From the IMG/VR virus record IMGVR_UViG_3300020446_001812, positions 32,001 to 96,000 of that record: a DNA stretch of 64,000 nt. One strand, written 5' to 3'. Numbering within the stretch: the first letter of the stretch is position 1; the number at the start of each line of letters is the position of its first letter. This DNA is from a virus. Position numbers and translations under genes: made by a program. Below the pieces are notes generated by a model that did not search any database, was not told the DNA's origin, and worked only from the letters and a program-made list of their open reading frames with translations. Shown here piece by piece: positions 29,630 to 38,679 of the stretch.

Positions 29630-31252
29630 ATGACGCAAGTTATTATTTTTACTGGGACATCCCGAACTGATCCCAAAAATAAAATTTATTCTCAACAAGA
29701 CATGACAGCAAGTATCTTGATGCGACCATTAGGTGCGTATCAGATTGCTTCTATATTAAGAGCAAATGGATATACAGTACAGGTTATAGATCGCTTCCAT
29801 TGGTTAATTAGAGAAAAAGGTCGTGAATTTTACCGGGAAGTTATCCGGCCTCATATAGGAGCTGATACATTATGGATAGGATGGAGCAATACCTTTTGGG
29901 AAGGTGAACCAAGAGCTGGGCCTGAAGATTTAAAAAACATAGGATATTTGGCAGAGGCAGCACGTTCTGTAGGCATGCGAGAAGAAGGGTTGCAGGCAAT
30001 GCAAAACTATAGGCAGGAGATAAATCCAAATATTAAATTTGTAGTTGGTGGCGCAAAAACTTGGAGATGGAGTCAACAGGATTTTAAGTTTTTTGATTAT
30101 TATGTAGAAGGCTATGCTGATGTAATGGCTTTAGAATTGACCAATTGGTTAGCTGGCAAAGGAGATAAGCCTGCTTGTAGACCTAACGATGACGGTTCTG
30201 AAATACTAGATTACGATAAACGTGGTGATAAATTTGACTTTGTAAATCATGTTCATAGATGGCATCCTACAGATTATTTAAATCAAGGAACTTCTTTACC
30301 TATAGAAATTGCAAGAGGTTGTATATTTAGATGTGCTTATTGTAGCTTTCCGTTAAACAATAAAAAGAAATTAGATTTTATTAGAGAACCAGAGCAACTG
30401 AAAGAAGAATTTGTAAGAAACTACGAAGAGTATGGAGTGACAAAATATTACTATGGAGATGATACTCATAATGATAGTGTAGAAAAACTAGAATTTTTGT
30501 ATGATAAAGTATACTCTCAGCTACCTTTCAAAATAGAATTCGCAACATATCTAAGATTAGATTTGCTTGCCGCACATCCACAAACTATACCATTGCTGTT
30601 AGAAAGTGGATTAGTAGGAACATTTTTTGGTATAGAAAGTTTCAACAAAGATGCTAATAAAACCGTAGGCAAAGGAGCTACAGAGGAAAAAATTTATGAA
30701 AATTTATACAAATGTAAAGATGTTTGGAAAGATAAGGTCCACATTCACGCTGGTCTAATAACAGGTTTGCCTAATGATAGCGAAGATACTATACTAGATT
30801 GGGGAATGAGAGCTACTAGTAAAGAATCACCTATTGACTATGCTATGATTACTGAATTACATTTATTTCCTAAATGGGGTAAAGACACTCATTGGCTTAA
30901 TAAAATGGAATTAAATCCTGCTTTTTATGGTTATGAGTTTGAAGAAGATGGCATTCAATATACAAATAATGTAGGATTAACAAAAAGCAGAGCGGCTCAA
31001 CTAGCAGTTCATTTATTAAAAAATATGGATGAGCAAAAAAAGGGCAAAGATTGGTCTATGAATAAGAGTCAAATGCAAGGATGGTATAGTTTTGCACATG
31101 CCGCAAATTGTGGTATGACCACCCATGAATACTTAAATAAGGGTCGATTAGATATTTTAAACCGTAGAGAAAGTATTTTAAATAATTATTATGCAAAATT
31201 AAAAAACGGTGCTAAAATAGAACAAAACAGAAAGGATAGTTATGATGGCTGA
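29630..31252 (+). CDS. Cobalamin-binding (class B) radical SAM protein
   Basis: N-terminal PLGAYQIASILR..G..VQVID and VVGGA; EIARGCIFRCAYC; GIES; GLITGLP. Confidence 0.85.
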   Translation: MTQVIIFTGTSRTDPKNKIYSQQDMTASILMRPLGAYQIASILRANGYTVQVIDRFHWLIREKGREFYREVIRPHIGADTLWIGWSNTFWEGEPRAGPEDLKNIGYLAEAARSVGMREEGLQAMQNYRQEINPNIKFVVGGAKTWRWSQQDFKFFDYYVEGYADVMALELTNWLAGKGDKPACRPNDDGSEILDYDKRGDKFDFVNHVHRWHPTDYLNQGTSLPIEIARGCIFRCAYCSFPLNNKKKLDFIREPEQLKEEFVRNYEEYGVTKYYYGDDTHNDSVEKLEFLYDKVYSQLPFKIEFATYLRLDLLAAHPQTIPLLLESGLVGTFFGIESFNKDANKTVGKGATEEKIYENLYKCKDVWKDKVHIHAGLITGLPNDSEDTILDWGMRATSKESPIDYAMITELHLFPKWGKDTHWLNKMELNPAFYGYEFEEDGIQYTNNVGLTKSRAAQLAVHLLKNMDEQKKGKDWSMNKSQMQGWYSFAHAANCGMTTHEYLNKGRLDILNRRESILNNYYAKLKNGAKIEQNRKDSYDG

Positions 31253-31610
31253 ACATTGGGGTTACCATGCTTTATTTGATTGTGCTGAATGCAATTTGCC
31301 TAGTGTGACTAGTAAAGATAATGTGCTTAATTTTCTAAAAGAGCTTGTTTTAGAAATAGATATGGTGCCTTTTGGTGATCCATTCATTGAACACTTTGCT
31401 ACACACGATCCGCAAAAAGCAGGTATTAGTTTTTTTCAAATGATTGAAACAAGTAACATAAGCGGACATCTTTGTGATATAAATGGTGATGCATATATAG
31501 ATGTTTTTTCATGCAAAGAATATGATGTAGAGAAAGCACAGGCAGTAGTACAAAAATATTTTTCACCTAAGAAAATTAGATTAAATTATATCACTAGATC
31601 TGCAAGTTAA
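31242..31610 (+). CDS. speD: S-adenosylmethionine decarboxylase proenzyme-like
   Basis: GYHALFDC, GIS....IETSNISGH, YIDVFSCK pattern; typical size. Confidence 0.7.
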   Translation: MMAEHWGYHALFDCAECNLPSVTSKDNVLNFLKELVLEIDMVPFGDPFIEHFATHDPQKAGISFFQMIETSNISGHLCDINGDAYIDVFSCKEYDVEKAQAVVQKYFSPKKIRLNYITRSAS

Positions 31611-31616
31611 GGATAT

Positions 31617-33065
31617 GTGATGATTCTTTTGTTCACAGATGTTAGTCATACTCCTGGTATAGGCAAATATGCTGGAACATATAAAGTTGCGACAGAATTA
31701 CGCAAAAATAAGTTTGATACCCAAGTTATTGATTGTTTTAAATACTTGGGTATTAAAAGGTTGAAAAAGATTCTTGATAAGTTCTTAACAAATAAAATTA
31801 TTTTGATTGGTATTAGTAATACCTTAATGTATAATCAAAAATTTATGTGGGGCATCACTGACAAAGAATTCGAGGAATTTGTAACTTATGCAAAAAAAAT
31901 AAATCCTAACATAAAATTTATGGTAGGAGGAGCAGGCGTTACACAATATTCTAATTGGCCATATATAGATTATTCTATAATAGGTAAAGGCGACTCAGCC
32001 ATAGTTGCTTTAGCTAAACATATTTATTCTGGCACACCATTGATTTATAGACAAAATGCTTTTACTAAATTAGTAAACGGCGATGACTATTTTTATACCC
32101 AAGATGAATTTGCAAAAAGTTATATTAGGTTTGAAGATAATGATGTTGTTTTAGATGGTGAAGCATTGCCAATAGAAATAGCAAGAGGCTGTATTTTTAA
32201 ATGTGCATTTTGCTTTTTTGACTTAATAGGTAAACGTAAAGGAGACTGGACAAAAACAGAGGATACTATATATAATGAAATGATGTATAATTATAAAAAG
32301 TTTGGCACTACACAATATATGGTAAGTGACGAATTGGTAAATGAAAGTGTTGAAAAAGTAAAAATGTTAGCAAGAATAGCAAACAAATTACCTTTCAAGC
32401 TAGAATATACTGCTTATGCTAGATTAGATTTAATTGTGCGATACCCTGAAATGATTCCATTGTTGCAAGAAAGCGGAGCAGTCGGACTTTCCTTTGGAGT
32501 TGAAACATTTAATCATTCTGCAGGCAAAGCAGTAGGCAAAGGTGTTGACCCTAATGTTTTAAAGGACACATTAGTTGAATGTAAAAGACAATGGAAAAAT
32601 AATGTTGTCATAAGTGCAAATTTTATAATAGGTTTGCCAGGCGAGTCAAAAAAGGATATTGAGCAGACAATTGAATATTTGTTAACTGTTGATTGCCCTA
32701 TTGATGCATTTGAATTAAATTTATTAACAATTAAGGATGACAGTGATGGTAGGCACGGAAATAAAATGGGCAATGATCCAAAAAAATATGGATATACTTT
32801 AGAAGATAAACAATGGAAAAATAATCAAATGAATAGAGTTGAAGCCAATAATTTTTTAAATACTATAAAGAATGATCCTTTAGTAAAAAATAAGAGAAAA
32901 TTTATGAGTGCTACATACATAGGAAGAATAATGAGTTTAGGTTATACTATAGAAGATATTTTTGATTTAATGAACAACAAAACTTTTATAGAAACAATAC
33001 AACAGGTAAATTATAAAACTTACCAAAAGAAAGAAGAATATTTTAAAAGGATTATGTCTCTATGA
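31617..33065 (+). CDS. Cobalamin-binding (class B) radical SAM protein (paralog of 29630-31252)
   Basis: GTYKVATELR..FDTQVID, MVGGA, EIARGCIFKCAFC, GVET, FIIGLPGE. Confidence 0.85.
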   Translation: MMILLFTDVSHTPGIGKYAGTYKVATELRKNKFDTQVIDCFKYLGIKRLKKILDKFLTNKIILIGISNTLMYNQKFMWGITDKEFEEFVTYAKKINPNIKFMVGGAGVTQYSNWPYIDYSIIGKGDSAIVALAKHIYSGTPLIYRQNAFTKLVNGDDYFYTQDEFAKSYIRFEDNDVVLDGEALPIEIARGCIFKCAFCFFDLIGKRKGDWTKTEDTIYNEMMYNYKKFGTTQYMVSDELVNESVEKVKMLARIANKLPFKLEYTAYARLDLIVRYPEMIPLLQESGAVGLSFGVETFNHSAGKAVGKGVDPNVLKDTLVECKRQWKNNVVISANFIIGLPGESKKDIEQTIEYLLTVDCPIDAFELNLLTIKDDSDGRHGNKMGNDPKKYGYTLEDKQWKNNQMNRVEANNFLNTIKNDPLVKNKRKFMSATYIGRIMSLGYTIEDIFDLMNNKTFIETIQQVNYKTYQKKEEYFKRIMSL

Positions 33066-33694
33066 TTGATTTTACATTTTGTGCTTTTGATTTAGGAATT
33101 ACTACAGAACAAAAAAATAATATGTTACAAGAAATTCTTGCTTGTCCTGATCCTTTTTGGTATTATGATAAATTTCGAGGTTGTAAAATGTTGCCAATAT
33201 ATAACGGAGGAAGTCTTACAAATCACACTGCTAAAGGCAACCTAATGTTTACTAAAGCTGGATTAAAATGTGATACACTTATGCACGTATTAACACATAA
33301 AGTATTTCCATTTATGGACCCAGTTGGTCGTGTTACTATTCTAAAAACTGATAAAAATACAGCACTTAATGAGCATATAGATTGTAACGAAGATGAAGTC
33401 GGTTCCTTACAGCACAAGTTTAGAATAGCATTAAAAGGGCAGATAAATACTTTATATTTTATAGATAAGAAGTTACAAAAAGTTTACATACCAAATAGTT
33501 TTGATACATATGTGTTAGATGGTGGACATCCTCATGCACTTGATCCTGGATCTGAAGAAAAAATTACTTTATGTGTAGGAGCGCCTTGGAAAGGAAATCA
33601 TATTGCTAGTTACAAAAAGGTTTTAGATAGTGCTATACATAAGTTAAAGGTAAGTAGACCAGATATAATAAAAGAGGAATGGAAGAATGGTTGA
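33062..33694 (+). CDS. 2OG-Fe(II) oxygenase-like protein
   Basis: GRVTIL...NEHID (HxD) ... YVLDGGHPH. Confidence 0.55.
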   Translation: MIDFTFCAFDLGITTEQKNNMLQEILACPDPFWYYDKFRGCKMLPIYNGGSLTNHTAKGNLMFTKAGLKCDTLMHVLTHKVFPFMDPVGRVTILKTDKNTALNEHIDCNEDEVGSLQHKFRIALKGQINTLYFIDKKLQKVYIPNSFDTYVLDGGHPHALDPGSEEKITLCVGAPWKGNHIASYKKVLDSAIHKLKVSRPDIIKEEWKNG

Positions 33695-34145
33695 TATATT
33701 AATATACGTTTTTATATTTTTTGCATGGACATTTATATTATATTGGATGCACAGAATTTGTCATTATGTGCCATACCTGAAGCAAATACATTGGCATCAT
33801 CATAAATTTGTTACAGGACAACAACCAACATGGATGTGGCAAAATCTTTTTCTTTATAGTGATGATTGGATGAGTACATTAGATATTGTTGTTACAGAAA
33901 TAATTCCTACACTTATATTTTGTTATTTTACAGGTCATTGGTGGGTAGCTGTTTGGTATTACGTCTGGACAGCATTTATTCAAGAATGGTTTGAACACAA
34001 TCCTAATTTTAACCTATGGCCGTTTAGTGCAGGAAAATATCATTTGAATCATCACAAATATTGGCGATATAATTTTTCTTTATTTTTTCCTATTTGGGAT
34101 ATAGTATTCGGCACTCATAAACCAATTACCACAAACAATAGTTAG
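33687..34145 (+). CDS. Sterol desaturase / fatty acid hydroxylase family membrane protein
   Basis: YWMHRICH, IHWHHH, EWFEH, YHLNHH..YNFSLFFPIWDIVFGT. Confidence 0.85.
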   Translation: MVDILIYVFIFFAWTFILYWMHRICHYVPYLKQIHWHHHKFVTGQQPTWMWQNLFLYSDDWMSTLDIVVTEIIPTLIFCYFTGHWWVAVWYYVWTAFIQEWFEHNPNFNLWPFSAGKYHLNHHKYWRYNFSLFFPIWDIVFGTHKPITTNNS

Positions 34146-34157
34146 ATATATATTATT

Positions 34158-35096
34158 ATGATACCTCTTTCTGAAAATAGTTGGAATGCTTGGAAGTATG
34201 ACGACGGACCTTTATTTAGTAGGTCAAAAAACCCACAAGAAAAATTAATTCCTGTATATAAAAAAATGGATAGAAAAATCCTATCATTAAAAGAAGAAGT
34301 AATACTTGCCGCAAAAAGCACAAAGGATCATTTTCCAAATCAAAAATTAAATTTATTTTTCAGTGGTGGCTTGGACAGTGAATTGATGTTGAAGGCTTTT
34401 TTAGAAATAGGAGAAAAGCCTAATATTTTTATTGTAAGATACGAGAATGACATAAACTTATACGATGTAAGTTATGCTGTTTCTATTTGCGGGTCGCTGA
34501 ATCTTGACTTTAAAATTATTGATATGAATTTAAAACATTTTTTTGAACAAGATGCAGAAAAAGTTGCGGAAGATGCACAATGTGACAGACCTCGTATGCT
34601 ACCTAGTATGACTTATGCGGATAATGTTGATGGTCTATCAATATTGTCAATGGGTGATATGTATTGGGCAAGACCGCATGATAATTATAATGTAAAAGCC
34701 CAATGGGTAGCAATAGAACTTGAAAGTGATTTTGCGGCTGATCGATATAATATATTACATAATAGGCCATGTATACATTTATGGGCTAGATGGTCACCTG
34801 GCATGATGATGGCTCATACGAAATGGAAGTGGTTTCATAGATTAATCAATGATGAAATTAAAGGAAAGTTAGGAAATAGTTCTAGCAAAATGCAAGGTTG
34901 GAAAGAAGAGTTTCCACACATAATGCAAAGAGAAAAAGTACACGGATTTGAAAAAATAGATCCTTTGATAGAAGAGTTTGAAAAGTTCTTAGAAAGTAAA
35001 TGGAACGGGCTTCCTTATAGAAGACAGTATGATATGACTTTAGATGAATTATATAAAATGGTTACAGGTTTGGATTACGCTGAATATAACGCTTAG
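34158..35096 (+). CDS. PP-loop (adenine nucleotide alpha-hydrolase) ATP pyrophosphatase-like protein
   Basis: LFFSGGLDSE; C-terminal REKVHGFE reminiscent of the asparagine synthetase C-terminus. Confidence 0.65.
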   Translation: MIPLSENSWNAWKYDDGPLFSRSKNPQEKLIPVYKKMDRKILSLKEEVILAAKSTKDHFPNQKLNLFFSGGLDSELMLKAFLEIGEKPNIFIVRYENDINLYDVSYAVSICGSLNLDFKIIDMNLKHFFEQDAEKVAEDAQCDRPRMLPSMTYADNVDGLSILSMGDMYWARPHDNYNVKAQWVAIELESDFAADRYNILHNRPCIHLWARWSPGMMMAHTKWKWFHRLINDEIKGKLGNSSSKMQGWKEEFPHIMQREKVHGFEKIDPLIEEFEKFLESKWNGLPYRRQYDMTLDELYKMVTGLDYAEYNA

Positions 35097-35967
35097 TTTT
35101 TGTGCCATTTACTAAATGATCTAATAAATCTTTTATCTCTATAAACATATGATTTTCTCTATAATTGTGTATCATTCCATTTACAATAAAATCTATTTTT
35201 TCACAGCCTTGATATTTTGGAAAGTATAAAAGATCATTGCTCCAGTTTTTTCCATAAAAAGTAGGTTTAATAAACAAGTCCCAATAGTTTATTATACTAA
35301 TGGGTTCTTCACCTTCATAAGATAAACCTGGAATATTGTAGTAATTCCATGCATTGCACACAGAGGTCAGTGTACCCTCCATTAGCACACTTGCAAGTAA
35401 ATGCTCGTCTTTTTCAAAGCCCACCACTGTATGACGCTTATTTCGCTGTTTATAGGCCCTTAATCGTGCATATTCTACACTGTTAGCTGACTCTAATATG
35501 TAGTGTTTTCCATTATGCACATATGGATCTGGCCCGTTAAATCCTTCTATCCATGTAAGTTTATCAGATATTTTTTCTAAAAATATGCTATGTAAAATTT
35601 GGTTAGGTGGAATTTTATGTTCTTGCGATTGGGCTAGTATAGTATCTTTTTCTTTGTAAGGATCTATTTCAACTATTGTTACATCTATATTCCATTTAGA
35701 TATACATTGTTGTACATTTTCATATTCGTTATCATTATATCCCTTCATACGCATAAAAGCACAAGGAATATTGACACCAACGTCTTTGAAAGCTAGGTAT
35801 GTTGCTTGACTGTCAGTGCCACCGCTAAAGCTAAGAATACAATCATTGTAGGTCTGTAAAATAGAATTAGCCCGCTCAGCAAATTCAACTCTAGGAGAAC
35901 CAACTGGGCGGGCTAACGGGGTTACATCAATATAAAAATTATTTTTATCGTCGAACCCATATGACAT
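35062..35967 (-). CDS. PP-loop ATP pyrophosphatase-like protein
   Basis: LSFSGGTDSQ; C-terminal PKYQGCEKI. Confidence 0.65.
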   Translation of the reverse strand: MSYGFDDKNNFYIDVTPLARPVGSPRVEFAERANSILQTYNDCILSFSGGTDSQATYLAFKDVGVNIPCAFMRMKGYNDNEYENVQQCISKWNIDVTIVEIDPYKEKDTILAQSQEHKIPPNQILHSIFLEKISDKLTWIEGFNGPDPYVHNGKHYILESANSVEYARLRAYKQRNKRHTVVGFEKDEHLLASVLMEGTLTSVCNAWNYYNIPGLSYEGEEPISIINYWDLFIKPTFYGKNWSNDLLYFPKYQGCEKIDFIVNGMIHNYRENHMFIEIKDLLDHLVNGTKTKRYIQRNPNL

Positions 35968-36480
35968 TTAGGCAGTAGTAGATTTTGGTTTTCTACCAGC
36001 CTTCTTAGGTGCTTTATCCTTTAGGCTTGGGTCAACAACTTGTGCAATTATTTTTGCCCATGGTACAACGTTCCATGTACGTTCATGTGCATAGTATAAG
36101 AACATGTTTATTGCTGTTGCTAGACCTGCAAAAATTGTTGCGTTACCCCAACTACCTGTAACAAGGAATGGGATAATAAAATTGTTTGATGTAATAACAA
36201 TTCTCCAGGTAATCATCTTAGCGGCAGATCTACCTTCTTGATCATCAAATGCTCTTGCAGGATTTTCTTTCCTCCATATTTGGAAATAATTCCAGGCTCT
36301 TTCGTGTAACCAATACAATGTACTGTTTATTAGTGTCGCCCAGCCTGCAATTTTTAAGCCCACTAAAAGACTTCCCGTAGCAAGAAAGCCATTCACTATG
36401 TGAGATATAGTAAGCAACACTCTCCAGGAAACCATTTTAGCAATAGTTCTAGGGTGTCTTTCATTAAACTTAGTAAACAT
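35968..36480 (-). CDS. Membrane protein with two tandem DUF2061-like repeats
   Basis: RTIAKMVSWR...TGS...LYWLHERAWN repeated as RSAAKMITWR...TGS...LYYAHERTWN; AGGAG RBS. Confidence 0.75.
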   Translation of the reverse strand: MFTKFNERHPRTIAKMVSWRVLLTISHIVNGFLATGSLLVGLKIAGWATLINSTLYWLHERAWNYFQIWRKENPARAFDDQEGRSAAKMITWRIVITSNNFIIPFLVTGSWGNATIFAGLATAINMFLYYAHERTWNVVPWAKIIAQVVDPSLKDKAPKKAGRKPKSTTA

Positions 36481-36491
36481 TTTTTCTCCTT

Positions 36492-36499
36492 TATTTATT
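36492..36499 (-). promoter_or_regulatory. Late promoter AATAAATA
   Basis: Upstream of the RBS of 35968-36480. Confidence 0.45.
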
Positions 36500-36502
36500 A
36501 AG

Positions 36503-36517
36503 TGCGTATATAACTAT
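36503..36517 (-). repeat. 15-bp inverted repeat, left copy (ATAGTTATATACGCA on - strand)
   Basis: Exact reverse complement of 37721-37735. Confidence 0.85.
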
Positions 36518-37704
36518 TTATTCCATTTTAGACTAGCTGGATTTATTTTTGGTACAATTGGACCTATTTTATAATTGACAGAATACACTTGTAAACCGTC
36601 TGCAAAGCCATGTTCTGTGTTAACAAACCTACTTGCGTTTGTCTTTACATAATTAATACCTTCTTGCCAAATAGTATGGTGTTTTGTACCTTTATGGCCT
36701 TCAATATACCAATGATCAAATTCACTGTACCAATCTAGCGTTGCTTTATCAGCTTGATACCATGAATTATTCCAAGAACTATACAGTAATGGCCTAAGCT
36801 CTCGTTCATGCATAGTTCTAAATAGATCAGCTGTCATATTTTTTCCATACCAAAAAGGCTGTTTTTCTGGTGTCAATTCTAACCAGTGTTTTATTGTGTA
36901 TGCTTGTTTGCATAATATATCTACACTTTCAGGCGCCCAATAAAAATACTCTACTGTGCTGTTATCATAATCTCGTATATGGTTTTCTATAGTTATGATA
37001 TTAGTCGATCTATCATTAAATCTAAGATAAAAATCTCCGTTTGAGTGTATGAAAGTCCTAGGTTTTTCAATACCAAGTATCAATCCTATTTTTTTACTTT
37101 TGTCAAATTGTTTTCTAACATCATTAAAATGTATGTAATTAAACCTTGTAACATTTAATGGATTTAGTCCTTCACGCTTATCCATTATCCAACTAGCATC
37201 GCCTTTGGAAAGCCAAGAATCAAATAAGTAATCAGACATATCTAATATTGTAATTTTTGTTTTCGGAGACAGTTTCTGTATTTCTTTTAGTCTTGGTATA
37301 GTTTGTAAATAATGCTCGGCCGCCGCATTTTTAGGATCTTTATTATTAGGGTCTATATCAGTGTAAGATAAATTTGCTTTTTCCATTGTGTTTACAATAA
37401 TTTCATCTATGATCAATCCTTGCCTAATAAAACTATTTGCTATATTTTGACTGTCACTACCTCCACTATAACTTAGTATTAAATAATCATAAGTGTCTCT
37501 TAATTGTTGAGCACGGACATCATATAATTTATCTAATGTTTGAGTAGGCTCAATATGCCAATTGTAGTTTTTAAAAGTATCAGTATTAAAATGCCATTGT
37601 ACATCTTGATTTGTAGATTGAGCAAAAAAACAAGCCTGAATTTTGCTATCAAATTCTATATTGCCAACGGTGTAGTATCCTAATTTTTTGTTAATTTCAT
37701 GCAT
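36514..37704 (-). CDS. PP-loop ATP pyrophosphatase-like protein (paralog of 41012-42208)
   Basis: LSYSGGSDSQ; LGYY..., GIEKPRT, EYFYW. Start placed at the second Met because a GATAAGTA motif at 37713-37720 lies upstream of it. Confidence 0.7.
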   Translation of the reverse strand: MHEINKKLGYYTVGNIEFDSKIQACFFAQSTNQDVQWHFNTDTFKNYNWHIEPTQTLDKLYDVRAQQLRDTYDYLILSYSGGSDSQNIANSFIRQGLIIDEIIVNTMEKANLSYTDIDPNNKDPKNAAAEHYLQTIPRLKEIQKLSPKTKITILDMSDYLFDSWLSKGDASWIMDKREGLNPLNVTRFNYIHFNDVRKQFDKSKKIGLILGIEKPRTFIHSNGDFYLRFNDRSTNIITIENHIRDYDNSTVEYFYWAPESVDILCKQAYTIKHWLELTPEKQPFWYGKNMTADLFRTMHERELRPLLYSSWNNSWYQADKATLDWYSEFDHWYIEGHKGTKHHTIWQEGINYVKTNASRFVNTEHGFADGLQVYSVNYKIGPIVPKINPASLKWNK

Positions 37705-37720
37705 CTCATGAGTACTTATC

Positions 37721-37735
37721 ATAGTTATATACGCA
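37721..37735 (+). repeat. 15-bp inverted repeat, right copy (ATAGTTATATACGCA)
   Basis: Exact reverse complement of 36503-36517; directly followed by GATAAATA. Confidence 0.85.
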
Positions 37736-37743
37736 GATAAATA
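37736..37743 (+). promoter_or_regulatory. Late promoter GATAAATA (divergent from GATAAGTA at 37713-37720, - strand)
   Basis: 6 nt before ATG 37750. Confidence 0.55.
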
Positions 37744-37749
37744 TTACTG

Positions 37750-38679
37750 ATGGAATCCAAAATCCCTATAATTGCAGCACCTATGAATCAAGTTTCCGAT
37801 GCAAATTTAGCTATTGCCTGCCACCGAGCAGGTATAATGCCTAGTATAAGTTTTCTTAACTTTGTAGACAAAGATACCCATACATGTGATTTTGAATCTT
37901 TTTTACGAGATGTTGAATACTTTACATCTTCAACTAATACAAACAAACTTATTATAAGTGTCAGTAGTAAAACCTTACTTAGAAAAGGAATACAAGATCA
38001 AGTTGTCAAATATTTTAACAAAATAAAATTTTCTCATTTAGAAATAATATTAACAGAAAGATTAGAATTTACAAATAAAAAATTAACACAAAACGATAAA
38101 GATCTTTTTGATAGTATAGAAGAAGCATTAAAAAGTTTACCTAAAGTAAAAATTATGTATAAAGCACTTGATGTATATAGTATTATACAAATTGCAAAAT
38201 ATACTGAATTTATAGATTGTTATGTACTTAAATCTAACAAAGGAGCAGGAACAATATCAAATTATACAAGCAATATATATGAAAGTATAAATTTGTTTAA
38301 AACAGAATGTCCTGGAAAAGAAATAATTGCAAGTGGCGGAATATCTACTGCTAAGGAAATAAAAAAATGTATCAAAGCTGGAGCAAAAGCAGTAGCAATA
38401 GGTACTTTGTTTGCTTTTGCAAAAGAAAGTAAAATTTCTAATGAATCAAAAAAAGTTATGATACAAAAAAATAAAAATGATTTAGACATAATTTCTGGTT
38501 ATCAGAATGGAGTTGTCTTTAATAAATTAGAGAAAGATGATAGTAACAACACATTTAGTCTTATAGAAGGCATTAAATCCCCTCACAAGGGTCATTTATT
38601 TGCTGGGCATGGATTAAATAATATAACAAATATTTTGTCAGTGCAAGAGATAGTGGATAAATTATGGCCGAAAAAATGA
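37750..38679 (+). CDS. FMN-dependent TIM-barrel oxidoreductase (nitronate monooxygenase/FabK-like)
   Basis: PIIAAPM..VS...LA.A...AG, IIASGGI, GAKAVAIGTLF...KES. Confidence 0.75.
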   Translation: MESKIPIIAAPMNQVSDANLAIACHRAGIMPSISFLNFVDKDTHTCDFESFLRDVEYFTSSTNTNKLIISVSSKTLLRKGIQDQVVKYFNKIKFSHLEIILTERLEFTNKKLTQNDKDLFDSIEEALKSLPKVKIMYKALDVYSIIQIAKYTEFIDCYVLKSNKGAGTISNYTSNIYESINLFKTECPGKEIIASGGISTAKEIKKCIKAGAKAVAIGTLFAFAKESKISNESKKVMIQKNKNDLDIISGYQNGVVFNKLEKDDSNNTFSLIEGIKSPHKGHLFAGHGLNNITNILSVQEIVDKLWPKK

